A DNA stretch of 63,955 nt, counting the filler. It is 16 parts of 16 records of this genome, joined end to end, with 100 filler letters (N's around TTAATTAATTAA, not from the genome) between each part and the next. Parts side by side here need not be neighbours in the genome. Positions count along the whole stretch, not along the records: positions 35,760 to 39,817 come from SRR15195285_11272; positions 39,918 to 43,398 come from SRR15195285_11311; positions 43,499 to 48,776 come from SRR15195285_11326; 13 more parts are not named here. One strand, 5' to 3'. Positions 35,760 to 47,328 of this stretch are shown piece by piece (position 1 is the stretch's first letter; each line of letters starts with the position of its first letter). The translations under genes were made by a program, and so were the position numbers. The notes below the pieces were generated by a model that saw only the letters and a list, made by a program, of their open reading frames with translations, searched no databases and was not told the origin of the DNA.

Positions 35760-38700
35760 GACGAAGATGTGACGGAACCAAAGTCCTGTCTTTCGGTACT
35801 TGAGTTGATCAAAGCAGCTCTGTTGGCTCTCATCTGCAAAGCTCCCACAGAAGCATTGGTGAACACTCTTCGCCAAGTCGCTCAAGCCCACGATCCTGGT
35901 GGATTGAACCTAGATGTATCAGTAATGTCGCTAGTCACATCACTGCATGATGCTGACAAGACTGCTATATGCCAGCGCAGAAAACTGTGTTTTTCGCCGT
36001 TGCTCACCGGATTGCTGGAAGCGATGGCGTTAGTAGAACCGACCTCGATGAATGAGAGTGGCGTGAATCCCTGGTGTGAAGACTGGGGGAAAGCATATAT
36101 AGAGGTCGCGCAAGTATTAATGGCTCCAGGACAGACGCTACCAAGTGATCCATCATGGTACGCACGCCAAACATACGTACCTAGTGCCGCGGCATCGTGG
36201 TGCTGGGGAGCACAGAGGGAGATGGACACAACGAGTATATCAGTCGATGGGCGTGCGGTTTGGAAGACAGCGGACTCACCTGATTATAGCATCTGCCTGG
36301 GTACGGCTGCGTTTCCGAGCGAAGGGGTCTACGAATGGACTGTGCAAATTACTGGCGTTGCGAGAGGAGTTGCGCTCGGAGTTTGTACAGCACTGAGTGA
36401 AGCAGAAAGAGGACGAGCGATCTGGCGTGCACCACATTCGAGTGGTACCTGTAGTGAGGAGAATATGAAGGCAGCCTGGTATATGCGAACCACAGGCGAG
36501 ATTGCGCAGCTACGTGCTGGAGCACAGTTTAGTACTACGATTGTGGAGACTGAGCATGAAGTCAAGACGCTGCCAAATCGGGATATACTCATTCTCCGCC
36601 TTGAATGTGACGTCGGTGTCCTTCGTTTCTGCAAGCCCGATGGCACTGAACTGGGCTCATGTGGTAGCCTAGAGGGTGAGCTCTTTCCGTTTGTCTGCTT
36701 CGACAACATCGACAGTAGGTGCGAGATCATATCTACGAAGTGCCTTTCAGATTGCGCAATCGATGTGGCCGACAGTGTACAGTATGACTTTACAACAGCG
36801 TTGGACCCAGTGCTCTGGCCGGTCGAGATGGACTCGCTGCTCATTCAATACGCCACTGAACGTGCTGCTAAGACAAAGTCCTCAGCGCGTTACTTGAATC
36901 CGCAAGAGCTTTTTACGGAGGAATTTGAGGACGAACACACGGATGGCACTGGTGGTGTGGGCGTAGAAGAAGATCCTCAAAGCGCTGGTGACCCGGACTC
37001 CCAATCAGCGCTGAGCCGCCAAGCCAGCCATAGCACTGTGCTTGATCCGTCAGGCCAGCACATGACGGTCGATTTGATCGAGCCGCCAGTACCAAATCTG
37101 CGTCTCCGTGACCGTACGCAAAATAGTTTGCGCGCGCGTCTGGTGCTCTTGCAACGTTGGACGAGCGCCGTGTCACACGTCCTGCCGTTCGTCAACTTTG
37201 CCCAAGCCCATGTGCCTGGAACATTTGCCTATAAACTGTGCTTGACAAAGGGGCGACTGTTCCCGGATGTGGTGAGGCCCCGTCACACACTTGTTCTGCC
37301 CACCATCACCCTCACACCTCATATTGTGGCTGATTTTGACTTGGCACCTGTATGTGCTTGTTACAGAAATCCAGGCTGTTTCTGCTTGGTTGCACGCTCA
37401 CCAACCAGAGTGGCACAAATGTTCCTCGTATTCTGGTACAAGTTGGCGTAGACCCCCCCAACAGCCGACTGGAAAAAGCGTCCGTCTTCGAACAAGTTCG
37501 TTCGAAGCTTAGCGACCGGCAGCGGACCACCCTTCGCGTCACTCAAGATGGTAGCCAAGGCGTCGAGGCCAGATATTGGCGAGTGGATCTAACAGGTGTT
37601 GGAGCTGCTGCCTGGTCTGACACACAGGATGAAGGAGGATTATTTCGAGCTTGTACTCGTGATATCTGCATGGAACTGCAGTCGTCCACACTGCCACTGT
37701 TAGTTCCATCGCCTAACGCTGCGCTTGGAGTTGAGGGTCGCGATCGGTGGCTGCCAACACCTACAGTTAGGGGTACCTTGAGCGACACTGCAGTACGCGA
37801 ACAGTACAAGTTCATGGGAGCACTGATGGGAGCTGCTGCCCGAGGTGCCTCGTTCATGGAGCTGGATCTTGCTCCAGCAGTATGGAAAAAAATTCTGGGC
37901 GAAACGCTTACTGTCGACGATCTTTCAAACTTTGATGAGCGCATAGTTCAATATCTGAACAACTTAGTGGCGATGAGTGAGGCTGAATGGGATGCTGCAC
38001 TAGTTCGATGGCGGATCAGGAATGCTGCAGGCCGTATTGTTGTGCTTTCACCAGCCGGCAGTGACGAAGCCTCCAATCTGGTGCCCTTCACCCAGCGTGA
38101 TGAGTACATTGCTGCAGCTCTTGCGTTGCGCCTGGGCGAGTTCGATGAGCCGATCGCACAGATTAAAGCTGGGCTTGGTGAGGTCGTTCCAGTGCGGAAC
38201 GGAATGGGTCTCATGGGATGGCGAGAACTGGAGCAGCGTGTCTGCGGCGAGCCGCGCATCGACCTTGATTTGCTCAAGTCAATTACGAAGTATGACGGCG
38301 AGTACCGGCGCCAGGGGGCCTCTCACCCAGTGATTGCTATGTTCTGGCGTGTGATGCAAGGCATGTCTGAGCAGGTGTGCAATTGAGATGACACAACCGC
38401 CTGCTTGGATGCTGGTTGTTTCAGGCTGTCATGGAACTGTGCCATATATGCCTACCTGCTTGGTCACTTGGCTAACGGGAGACTTGACGCTGTGACGGTT
38501 GTGGCAGGAGCGCGCCGCCGTTGTAGGATTTGCCTGGGGACGCTCACGCTTGCCCGCAGCCGCAGCAGCGACCGCAATTTCATTCAATATTGACGCGTCG
38601 CATGGTGGAGATGACTTCATTCCAACAAGTTCAACTTGTGACTTTCGGTTCGTCCATCGCGCATTGCGCTACAGCTGTATAGCGCTGCTGATATCTGCTG

Positions 38701-39752
38701 TTGTTGCTAACCACATGTGCGCTGGTGCGGTCTGCAGGCTACATTTACCACAGTACTCTTGTGATGAAGCGCTGAAGGCAAAGTTGCTTTACGCTTGCTC
38801 AGTTCCGTCACAACGTCCAGCGGTTGAGATACAACGGTCACTGGAATATGGTCTTGGTAATGAAGACGAAGAAGTGTTGCATGGGACTCCCGACGGGCAC
38901 TGTTCCAAGCCAGACTCAACGGCACATTACGTTCCGCTCTGGGTCCGAACTGTACTCAGCAACGCCACCAAATCAAACTCTGAAACGACAGTGGTACCAA
39001 TACAGAGCAGCGAAACTCCCGGCAGTTCTGGTTCTCCTGAGGACACTCAGGAAGCGCAGATGAGGTCTGAAGTGCAAAGACTATTGCGTGCAGAACTGCG
39101 ACCCCCAGATCTAGGATGGCCACCTGGTACGCTTGTGGTGGTGGGCAATGATTCTGAACCCGCTTTCCTTGGGTTTCAGAGAGTGGGAGAAAGCATACCT
39201 GTCGTATCGTCGGTCACTAGCATGGAGCTGCACGTTGAAATTCGCACCGCTGAAGAGGAAGAGGAGCAAGGTTTACGGGCTTTCGTGTTGCACGCCGATT
39301 TCAGTGGGCCTGGTGAGCCGAGATACATCGTAGCATGGGATAGGCGGCGGTTGCGAGGGCAATTTGCTGATGAAACGGATTGGGAAGACAGACGGGGAGT
39401 TGCGTCTGTCCCACAGACATGTGTGCGGCTCCATGCGCTCAATACAGACTTCTCGCTGGCAGCAGGAGATGGTTTGGAGCTCCAAGTTGCTGAACTCTAC
39501 GAAAGGTTGGGAGATCGGCACAAAGAAGCAATTCATAGAACCTCAGAGGCGATGGGAACGGGCGATTCAACACACCTGCACGTATTTCTGCAACAGGTGC
39601 AGATGGAACCTGAGGATGGTGTATATTGTTACTATCAGTCTGTCAAGCATAGTTTAGATGTGCAGACACTGTGTCCAGATGCGCCACTACATGAATTGCT
39701 CACAGACGATATGGTGGCGGACGCTGAGGAAGCAATTGATGCTGCCCAAGCA
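35760..39752 (+). CDS. HECT E3 ubiquitin ligase with SPRY-like domain (both ends partial)
   Basis: SPRY-like GVYEWTVQI..GVALGVC..LFPFV. HECT motifs DEGGLFR, LPLLVPSPN, YKFMGALMG, ELEQRVCGEP, FAWGRSRLP and PTSSTCDF-RLHLPQYS. Introns 37272-37366, 38375-38507 and 38648-38737; donor at 39753. Confidence 0.88.
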
Positions 39753-39917
39753 GTAAGTATTTCCCTGCTGCTACTGCCGCCGCCGCGCCGCCGCCGCTGC
39801 CGCCGCCGCTGCCGCCGNNNNNNNNNNNNNNNNNNNNNNNNNNNNNNNNNNNNNNNNNNNNTTAATTAATTAANNNNNNNNNNNNNNNNNNNNNNNNNNN
39901 NNNNNNNNNNNNNNNNN

Positions 39918-42900
39918 AGCCGATCAGATAACCACAGTTCGCGTGTGAAAGGCTTGCCACTGAAAGCTCAACACGAGCCAGCAACTGGCCATCTGGAGAG
40001 CCTTCGCGTAGGAGCACGGCAGTCGCTGGCTTGATCTTTGAGGTGGCGTCCGGCACGCATGCCCGCATTCGCACATGCTTCAGCGCCTCGCTGCCACCCA
40101 GGTCCACGTTGCGATATGCAGCGAAAGCAGACGGTGAGATTGGTGCGAGCGGGCCTGGGTTTCTCGGGAAACTAATTCCAAACGACGGCTCGAGATAAAG
40201 TCCGAAAGCTCGATCTGCTGACTCAGACTGGATTGTCGAGCCAGCTGGTCGCAGTCCTTTTCCCGAGCTGTCAAACAGTTCGTACCACGAAGATGGAAGA
40301 CCAATCGCATCGAGGTCGCCCGCCTGAAAGTCGATAGACGGATGGAACGCAGGAGAGCTCGGGGAGAGAGCATAGTCCAGGTGCGTGCGATTCCACCACC
40401 TGTGTAGTACAATTTATCAACAGAAGGATGTGAACGTAGGACTCGCAGCAGCGCATCTCTAGGTTATGATATGGGTCATGTTCTTACTGTGAGAACGGCG
40501 TGCGCACAAAGCCAGGGTCGCTGACACCGCCGACGGAGCGTGCGTCGACGTCTGGACGCAGCTTCTGCAACGCAGCAGTCTTCGAGTCCAGTGGCGCGGA
40601 ATAGATGTTTGAGTTGACTGATGTGAGCAACGGTTGCGCAAGCTCGGCTGCAGAGAAACCGAACCACGCAGGATCAGTGCAGGCTTTCTTTGCCGATGGG
40701 GGTGCGGAAGCATTGCCACAGACGCCCCTGAGATATGTGTCGTTGAGCAGGCCACCCAAAGTGTTCGTAGCGATCATTGGCATGTCACGATAGCACAGAG
40801 CAGCACCCGCCTGGGAATATTCTCCACCACCACACTGACCTTTCTGAGTGAAATTACTGAAAATGTTCCGCTCTACTGTATAGACGCCCCCAATGCCGCC
40901 CGACTCGCCGACCCACACGCCAGCATCGTGCGAGGAATCGGCGATGATGTTGTCCGTGACGGTCTGGTTGTAGCTTTTGAGCCCGACGAGTGTCATGCCA
41001 GTCGAGCCACCCGGTGACTGCGTTGGTACGCCGCTTTGTAGGTTATTGTAGAAGACGTTCCGCGTTGCTGACCACCAATTGTTTGCGGAGTCGGGAAAAA
41101 GCATTGTGAACGCCTGGCCCATTGTTGCCCAGTGGTCGTGGAATGCATTACCAATGACATCATTCGAGCGCCCTGGAGACCAAGCCTCCCAGATGCCACA
41201 GTCCTGACTGTCCCCGCAAGCGTGTGAGAGATCGTTCGCCCTGAAAGTCAAATATGAACTGGTCGTTAACTCATACTGTGAGAAGAAGTCCACGTTCACG
41301 CCGTACATCTCAGAATGGATCGCTGGAGGGTAGCCGAAGGTCGAGATCAGATTCCGTTGCGACCAAGAGATCTCATTCTGCTCAACGAGAATGCTGTGGG
41401 CCTGATGAATGTAGATTCCTCCGCCGTACGTGACATGGAGTCCCATATTGGTAATCAGATTGCCCACTATGCGGTGGCCAAAAGAAACATCTGCCGCACT
41501 GGCGCTAGAGAAGTTGTACTCGCCCGGGATTTTGCCTATACACTCAAAGACAACATCGATAGAGTCAGTGTCTTCTGTGCAACCCATTGTGAATGTAGAT
41601 ATGCAGAAGCCGTCTTCTGCATCCATTGTGCACTGAAAATAAGCTCCATGCTACGCCAACGCACCATTGTCGATGTCCCAACCATTGATGTGTACCCCGG
41701 TGAACGAAGCGTCCTCAATCCAGTTTGACAACACCGAGCATGACTGCGCGAAGTGCTCCATCCAGATTGCAGACGTACCCGCCGCGAGAAGCTCGCAGCC
41801 AGCGATCGATATATTCGTGGCGTTTTCGATGCGTACCATACCCTCGCGTGTGTACGCCCATTCACCCTGATTTCAATCCAATCGCATTGCGACGACAATT
41901 GCTCAGCTTCAGTCAACGCCGTTTTTGTTCTATCAATGACGCACTGCACGCAAACTAGTGTTTGTTTCGGGAGACATACTGTCGGATCGCGTGATGGCTG
42001 GCTGTTCATGCGGTCTGCCCACTCGCATTCAAAGTTGCGCAACCAACCAGACCCGACGAGGCTGGAAGCGCAGCAAAAAAGTCCTCTCAGCTCTAGGCGC
42101 TCTCCATGCAGTGAAACAGAAGAGTGTTCAGCTGTGGCCTCACCTGAGATTTGCGACAGTTATATCGCGCACCACGTCTGCGTCCTGCGTGCTTACGCCG
42201 CTGATGTCAATGACACGCGGTGAATACGCTGCGCTGATGTTGATGTTGTTGGGTGAGACTGTGGGAACCGACGGCCACAGGTACACATAGTCGTCTTCGC
42301 CCAAGGCCCACTCTCCGGGGGCATCCAAAAACTGCAGCGAGCCCTCCAAGTGAGCTTTCACCAGCATGGTGTGCGGCGTCGGGTACAGGGCCACCTCTTT
42401 ATCTAGGAAGCTGGCGTTGGCTAAACCTGTCATCTCAGAATACCCGTACGGGTGCCACACATACGCGGATGCGTACTTTATTTCGAAGTGACCCGGAAGC
42501 CCTGTCGCGTCGTCCCACCGAATTCCTGACCGTCCTGCGACACTGGTTGCAGACCAGTTGTACAGCCACCCAGCGCCTTTGTTCGGGTGTCGAGCGACGG
42601 TCGCCGGCGCACGGCCTTCGACTAGCTGGTAGAAGGGTGTTCCGGGCACGGGGTTGGGCGCTCTCCAGATGTTCGGCGCAGAGCCGTTCGAAAGGTGGTC
42701 AAGATAGTGCGGGGTCCAGCCTGTCACCGGGTGTCCACCGCGCACCTCGGTAGCACCCGCACCTTCGCCCACCCAACTGACGCCACTGTCAGCAGCTGTG
42801 AGAACCAGTGGCGAGGGCTGGTAGTAGTGCCCCGCGCCGACGCGCACAGTCACTGGATGCGACGACGCTCGGGCTGCTGCCTGCGCCTTGTTCAGCGTAG

Positions 42901-43051
42901 CGAACGGCTTTGTGCGCGAACCGTCGCCGCTGGTATCACTACCTGATAAGCTGACGAAAATCTCCGCGGCAGCCATCGCTGGAGGCAGCGCAAGCAGAAA
43001 CAGCCATAAATTTGGCACCTTGGATTGAATCACGAGGCGCCGGCTGATCAT
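39918..43051 (-). CDS. Secreted right-handed beta-helix (GH141/pectin-lyase-like) protein with C-terminal CBM6-like domain (3' partial), 5 exons
   Basis: Signal peptide; FVSLSGSD..GDGS..KPFATL.KAQ..R, ARHPN, LEGSLQFLDAPGEW, PbH1-like Asn-ladder repeats; CBM6-like IQSE...YRNVDLG...GSPDGQLLARV. Introns 42062-42143, 41867-41979, 41536-41664 and 40400-40487. Confidence 0.8.
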
Positions 43052-43544
43052 GGCAGTAGAGCCGCCGTGCCGAATTGTCATCGCCAGGTAGGGCCGGTAG
43101 GTAGAGTATATGTCTCTGCGTGGCCTGCGTGACACGGTACCGCGGCGCACGTCGAGTGCGTGCTTCCGATGCGGCATTGCGCGTACGCACGCGCCCGGAG
43201 TCTACGCGTACGTGTGCATATGCGGTATCATATGGACGGATCGGAGCTTCGCGGAGGGCGGCATGGTGCAAACTCAGGAAGACTTCCAGAAATTCCACTG
43301 CACGTCCCTGTTCACCAAGTAAGAATCGAAAGAACCGATGACTGAGCCCACAGACTGAGCGTGGCCCATAGTACCAAGCACAGTGCCCAGATTAAAATNN
43401 NNNNNNNNNNNNNNNNNNNNNNNNNNNNNNNNNNNNNNNNNNTTAATTAATTAANNNNNNNNNNNNNNNNNNNNNNNNNNNNNNNNNNNNNNNNNNNNTG
43501 TGGGGAACAGCTGATAAGTACCTGTATATTACCAGCAGTATATA

Positions 43545-43586
43545 ATAAATGCACTTCACTTGACTATAAATGCACTTCACTTGACT
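43545..43586 (+). repeat. 21-bp tandem duplication overlapping AATAAA (possible retroposon tail)
   Basis: ataaatgcacttcacttgact x2, near the contig start. Confidence 0.75.
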
Positions 43587-44026
43587 TGCTGGCCGCCGCG
43601 CGGCGGCGCTTGGGCTTCCCTCCGTGGTTTCCTCATTCCTGCCTCGGAATCGATCGGACCCTCGACCCTCCGCTGTCTCTTCGATACTCGTGAATTGGAA
43701 TCCCGCATGTTTGGGGGTGTCTCATTTTCACTGTTTAATACCTGCGATGGCCCAATCCGTCCATGAAGTTCCCGCGGACAGATTAGGCCCCGGCAAGTAC
43801 TGGATTCCCGTACTTTTCCAAACGTTCGGAATCCGCGCGGGCTGATCGGGGGGGTGCGGGGCTGGTCGCCCTATTTTAACCCCATACTACTGACTGGGCG
43901 GGGTGGTGGAGGCTGTTCGAGCCGTACAGTAGGCACAAGTGGCAGCGTTTGGGGGGTGCTGTAGGAGGTTCTAGGGGTGTGGTGAGGAAGGGGGGTGGCG
44001 CCCACGGCCCCTCTCGCCCGGCGGTG

Positions 44027-47000
44027 ATGTCCAATGGCAGCGACTCGGACGAGGAGGAGGCGGAGCCGATCCTCAAGTACAACCGCATCGGGTTGGATGT
44101 GACCGAGATGCTTACGCGGGACAGCACGAGCTGCATCCGGGCGCACGAGAAGTTCCTGGTTGTGGGGACGCAGAACGGGTTCATCTACATCCTCGACCTC
44201 AATGGGAACGAGGTCAAGCGCTTCTATGCGCACTCTATGCCCGTGAACGAGGTCAGTGTCGACATCACGGGGGAGTACGTGTGCAGCTGCTCTGACGACG
44301 GACTTGTCGTCGTCTCTGCGCTGTACGCCGAGGACAACTTGGAGTTCACGGGGCACGAGGCGGTGAAGACGGTAGCGATTGACCCGGGATACGTACAGCG
44401 CGATTCACGCGAGCTCGTGATGGGCGGTTCGGACGGGCAGCTGATGCGAAAGGAAAAGGGCTGGTTCGGCAGAATGAATGACTCTCTGGTGCATGGCGGC
44501 GAGGGCCCGATCCACGCGATTCGCTGGGAGGGCGAGTTCATAGCTTGGGCCAACGAGATCGGGGTGAAGATATACGACTGCAATCTGAAGTCGCGGATCA
44601 CACATCTGAAGCGGCCGCAAGGCAGCCTGGACACCGAATACCGCCCGCGTCTGTGCTGGGCGAACGGGCGCACGTTGCTGATCGGCTGGGCGGACAGCGT
44701 CCAAGCGGTCGAGGTTCGGAAGCGCGACGCTCAGCAGGCAGCGATGGGCCTGCCCGTCAACTACGTCACCATTGTTGCACAATTCACTTTGCCGGACGCA
44801 ATCTGCTGTGGGATCGCGCCGCACGGTCAAGACCTAGCTGTACTGTGCCACGTGACAGACGACGGCGACCTGGCCGAGGAACGCCCGCGGCCAGAGCTGC
44901 GCATACTCGACTATAGTGGCGGCGAGCTGTCCTGCGACGCGCTGTCGATTCACGGCTACGCTGAGCTCGAGTCACCGAACGAGTACCAACTCGACTTTAT
45001 TGCGAGCGAAAATCTCTTCTATATATCCACACCACAGGATGTGCTCGTGGCGCAGAACCGGGACACCGACGATCACATTCATTGGTTGCTTGAGAATGGG
45101 CGGGAGAAGGAGGCGCTCGCAGCCGCACAGGAAGGCGGTGCCACCCGACACAGTGTGCAGGAGGTTGGGAGCCTGTATCTGCACAAGCTTACGCAGCAGG
45201 GGAAGTGGAATGAAGCTGCGACAAAGTGCCACGAGCTCCTGGAGAGTGCGGAGCTGTGGAACCGGTGGATTTTCATGTTTGCCCACGCTGGGCAACTGTC
45301 ATGCATCGCTCACTACATCCCGACCGATAAGCCGCGGCTGCAGAAGGAGGTGTACGAAATGGTGCTCAGTGACTTTTTGAAGCAGGGCAGCACGCCGAAC
45401 GACCACGCACAGTTCCTTGACCTGATTGAGCGTTGGCCACAGGGAGTATATCGGATGCAGCCGGTCCTCGAGCTGGTGCGCGAGGCGGTCAAGCGAGGCG
45501 GTGTCACGTCTCCACCGACCCTGTGCAAGGCGCTTGCCATGCTGTACTCCGCTAATGGCCAGCACGAGTACACGTTAGACATCTATCTCTATATGTACAA
45601 GAGTGGCCCGGGAGACACGGAGAAAGAAACAATTGGGCCGGACCAACTGTACGACTACATTGAGAAGCACAAGCTGCACGAGAAGGCTGTGCAGCGTGTG
45701 AGCGAGATTGTCAAGGTGGATGCCGATCGCGGCATCCGGCTGCTAATTCGCCACGCGACTGCCGACACAAAGGCACTGTTTGACATCGTTACACAGCTCA
45801 AGTCAGAGCCCCAGTCAGAGCTCCTGCATAAGTATCTCAAGGCAATCTGGGAAGCGGATCTACAGCCAGAACCTTCGCCGGGTTACCAGAAGACGCCGAA
45901 GGACTACCACGACGACATGGTGCAGCTCTTTGCCGAACACGAACCAGAAAAGCTCGAAGGCTTTCTGCGGAAGAGCACGAGCTACAATCTAGACTTAGCA
46001 CTGGAGCTCTGTCGGAAACATGGGTTGAAGAGCGAGATAGTCTTCCTGCTTGGTCGGTGCGATCGAAACATGGAGGCATTGAACATGATCTTAAACGATC
46101 TAGACGACATCGAAAAGGCCTTGAAATTTGTCAAGGAGCGCCACGACGAAGAGCTCTGGGAGGTACTGATTGACCGGGGCGCCAAAGATCCGAAGAGCCT
46201 CTCTAAGCTGCTCGACACGGCTGGTTCGCACATTGATCCGATCGTGATCATCGAACGCATTCCAGACAAACTGGAAATTCCTGATCTTCGCGATAAAATT
46301 GTGAAGATCATCAAGGATTACACTGCACAGATGTCCCTACACGAGGGCTGCGGGCGGGTGCTCAAGTCAGACAACGTCGAGCTCTGTCGCAAGGCAGCGA
46401 AGGAACGAACCCGGGCTGGAGTGTGGGGTATGCAGCAGGGCGTCTCTGCCTCGACAGCACCCGCTCCTCGCCGGAATGGCGAAGGGAGGTGGACACCAAA
46501 CGGAGATGCTGTTCCGATGGCAGCCGGGAAAAGAGGGGGCGGCCCGAGTGGCGGGAGCGCCACGTGGTACTTTCAAGTCGGTGCGGCTGGAGGTGACGAC
46601 GACGACGATGACGGGCACGGTGGCGTTAGCAGCCCGCGTACTGCTCCCGCAGTGCGGCCCGGTGGTGCACTCTACACTAGCTCAAGGGATGGTCAAAAGA
46701 AAGGCATCAGATCCAGCAGAGACAGCTCGGAGCGGCGGCGAATGGAGCAGTCACACCACCGATCAGTCGCTGCACGAGGTGGTACCGCCGCTGGGCTGTT
46801 CTACTTCGACGAGGGAGGGATTCAGGACAGGCTACGCGGCCCTGGCTACAGCCCTGCTGAAGGTAAAATGTATGCCAACGCAGTGCTAGGATTGAAGCCG
46901 CTGACGGTTGGACCGACTGGCGACCAAGAGAAGGTCGAGCGACATGAGATTGCAAGGTTAGCGGGGTGGTCCGGCCAGCTGCAACTGATGGAGGAGCAGA

Positions 47001-47272
47001 GGGCACGCGAAAAAGCTGCTGCCCTAGCTGCGCCGCCAGTTGGTGTGGGCAGCACGGCGAGCGGGCAGGGACGACCCTCGGCTTCGTCCGCCGCGGCCGG
47101 CGCTACAGCACCCCCGGTTTTCAGTCCGCCGCCGCCAATCACATCTCAGAGGGACTTTCTGCGTGTGGAGAGGGATGACGAAGAGGAAATGGACCCGGTG
47201 GCTCGGGCAGATGCGATGGTGCGAGGAGACTCCGTCTACTCGGACCTTGAAAGCAAATATCGAAGCGTTTGA
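44027..47272 (+). CDS. VPS41: Vacuolar protein sorting-associated protein 41 (HOPS subunit)
   Basis: EEEAEPILKYNRI, GEGPIHAIRW..FIAWANEIGVKIYD, LLIGWADSV, RDTDDHIHWLL, clathrin-like repeat DEELWEVLI, IPDLRDKIVKIIKDY. Intronless. Confidence 0.93.
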   Translation: MSNGSDSDEEEAEPILKYNRIGLDVTEMLTRDSTSCIRAHEKFLVVGTQNGFIYILDLNGNEVKRFYAHSMPVNEVSVDITGEYVCSCSDDGLVVVSALYAEDNLEFTGHEAVKTVAIDPGYVQRDSRELVMGGSDGQLMRKEKGWFGRMNDSLVHGGEGPIHAIRWEGEFIAWANEIGVKIYDCNLKSRITHLKRPQGSLDTEYRPRLCWANGRTLLIGWADSVQAVEVRKRDAQQAAMGLPVNYVTIVAQFTLPDAICCGIAPHGQDLAVLCHVTDDGDLAEERPRPELRILDYSGGELSCDALSIHGYAELESPNEYQLDFIASENLFYISTPQDVLVAQNRDTDDHIHWLLENGREKEALAAAQEGGATRHSVQEVGSLYLHKLTQQGKWNEAATKCHELLESAELWNRWIFMFAHAGQLSCIAHYIPTDKPRLQKEVYEMVLSDFLKQGSTPNDHAQFLDLIERWPQGVYRMQPVLELVREAVKRGGVTSPPTLCKALAMLYSANGQHEYTLDIYLYMYKSGPGDTEKETIGPDQLYDYIEKHKLHEKAVQRVSEIVKVDADRGIRLLIRHATADTKALFDIVTQLKSEPQSELLHKYLKAIWEADLQPEPSPGYQKTPKDYHDDMVQLFAEHEPEKLEGFLRKSTSYNLDLALELCRKHGLKSEIVFLLGRCDRNMEALNMILNDLDDIEKALKFVKERHDEELWEVLIDRGAKDPKSLSKLLDTAGSHIDPIVIIERIPDKLEIPDLRDKIVKIIKDYTAQMSLHEGCGRVLKSDNVELCRKAAKERTRAGVWGMQQGVSASTAPAPRRNGEGRWTPNGDAVPMAAGKRGGGPSGGSATWYFQVGAAGGDDDDDDGHGGVSSPRTAPAVRPGGALYTSSRDGQKKGIRSSRDSSERRRMEQSHHRSVAARGGTAAGLFYFDEGGIQDRLRGPGYSPAEGKMYANAVLGLKPLTVGPTGDQEKVERHEIARLAGWSGQLQLMEEQRAREKAAALAAPPVGVGSTASGQGRPSASSAAAGATAPPVFSPPPPITSQRDFLRVERDDEEEMDPVARADAMVRGDSVYSDLESKYRSV

Positions 47273-47328
47273 CACTACCCGAACAAGAGAGGTGGAAACC
47301 TGTGTGAAGTACAGCGTACACACAATGG

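Noticed and set aside
41633..41664. Possible 32-nt mini-intron (GTGCGT..TTTCAG) in the beta-helix gene
   Set aside because: It gives the wrong frame. The 129-nt intron 41536-41664 with a CTGAC branch point fits.
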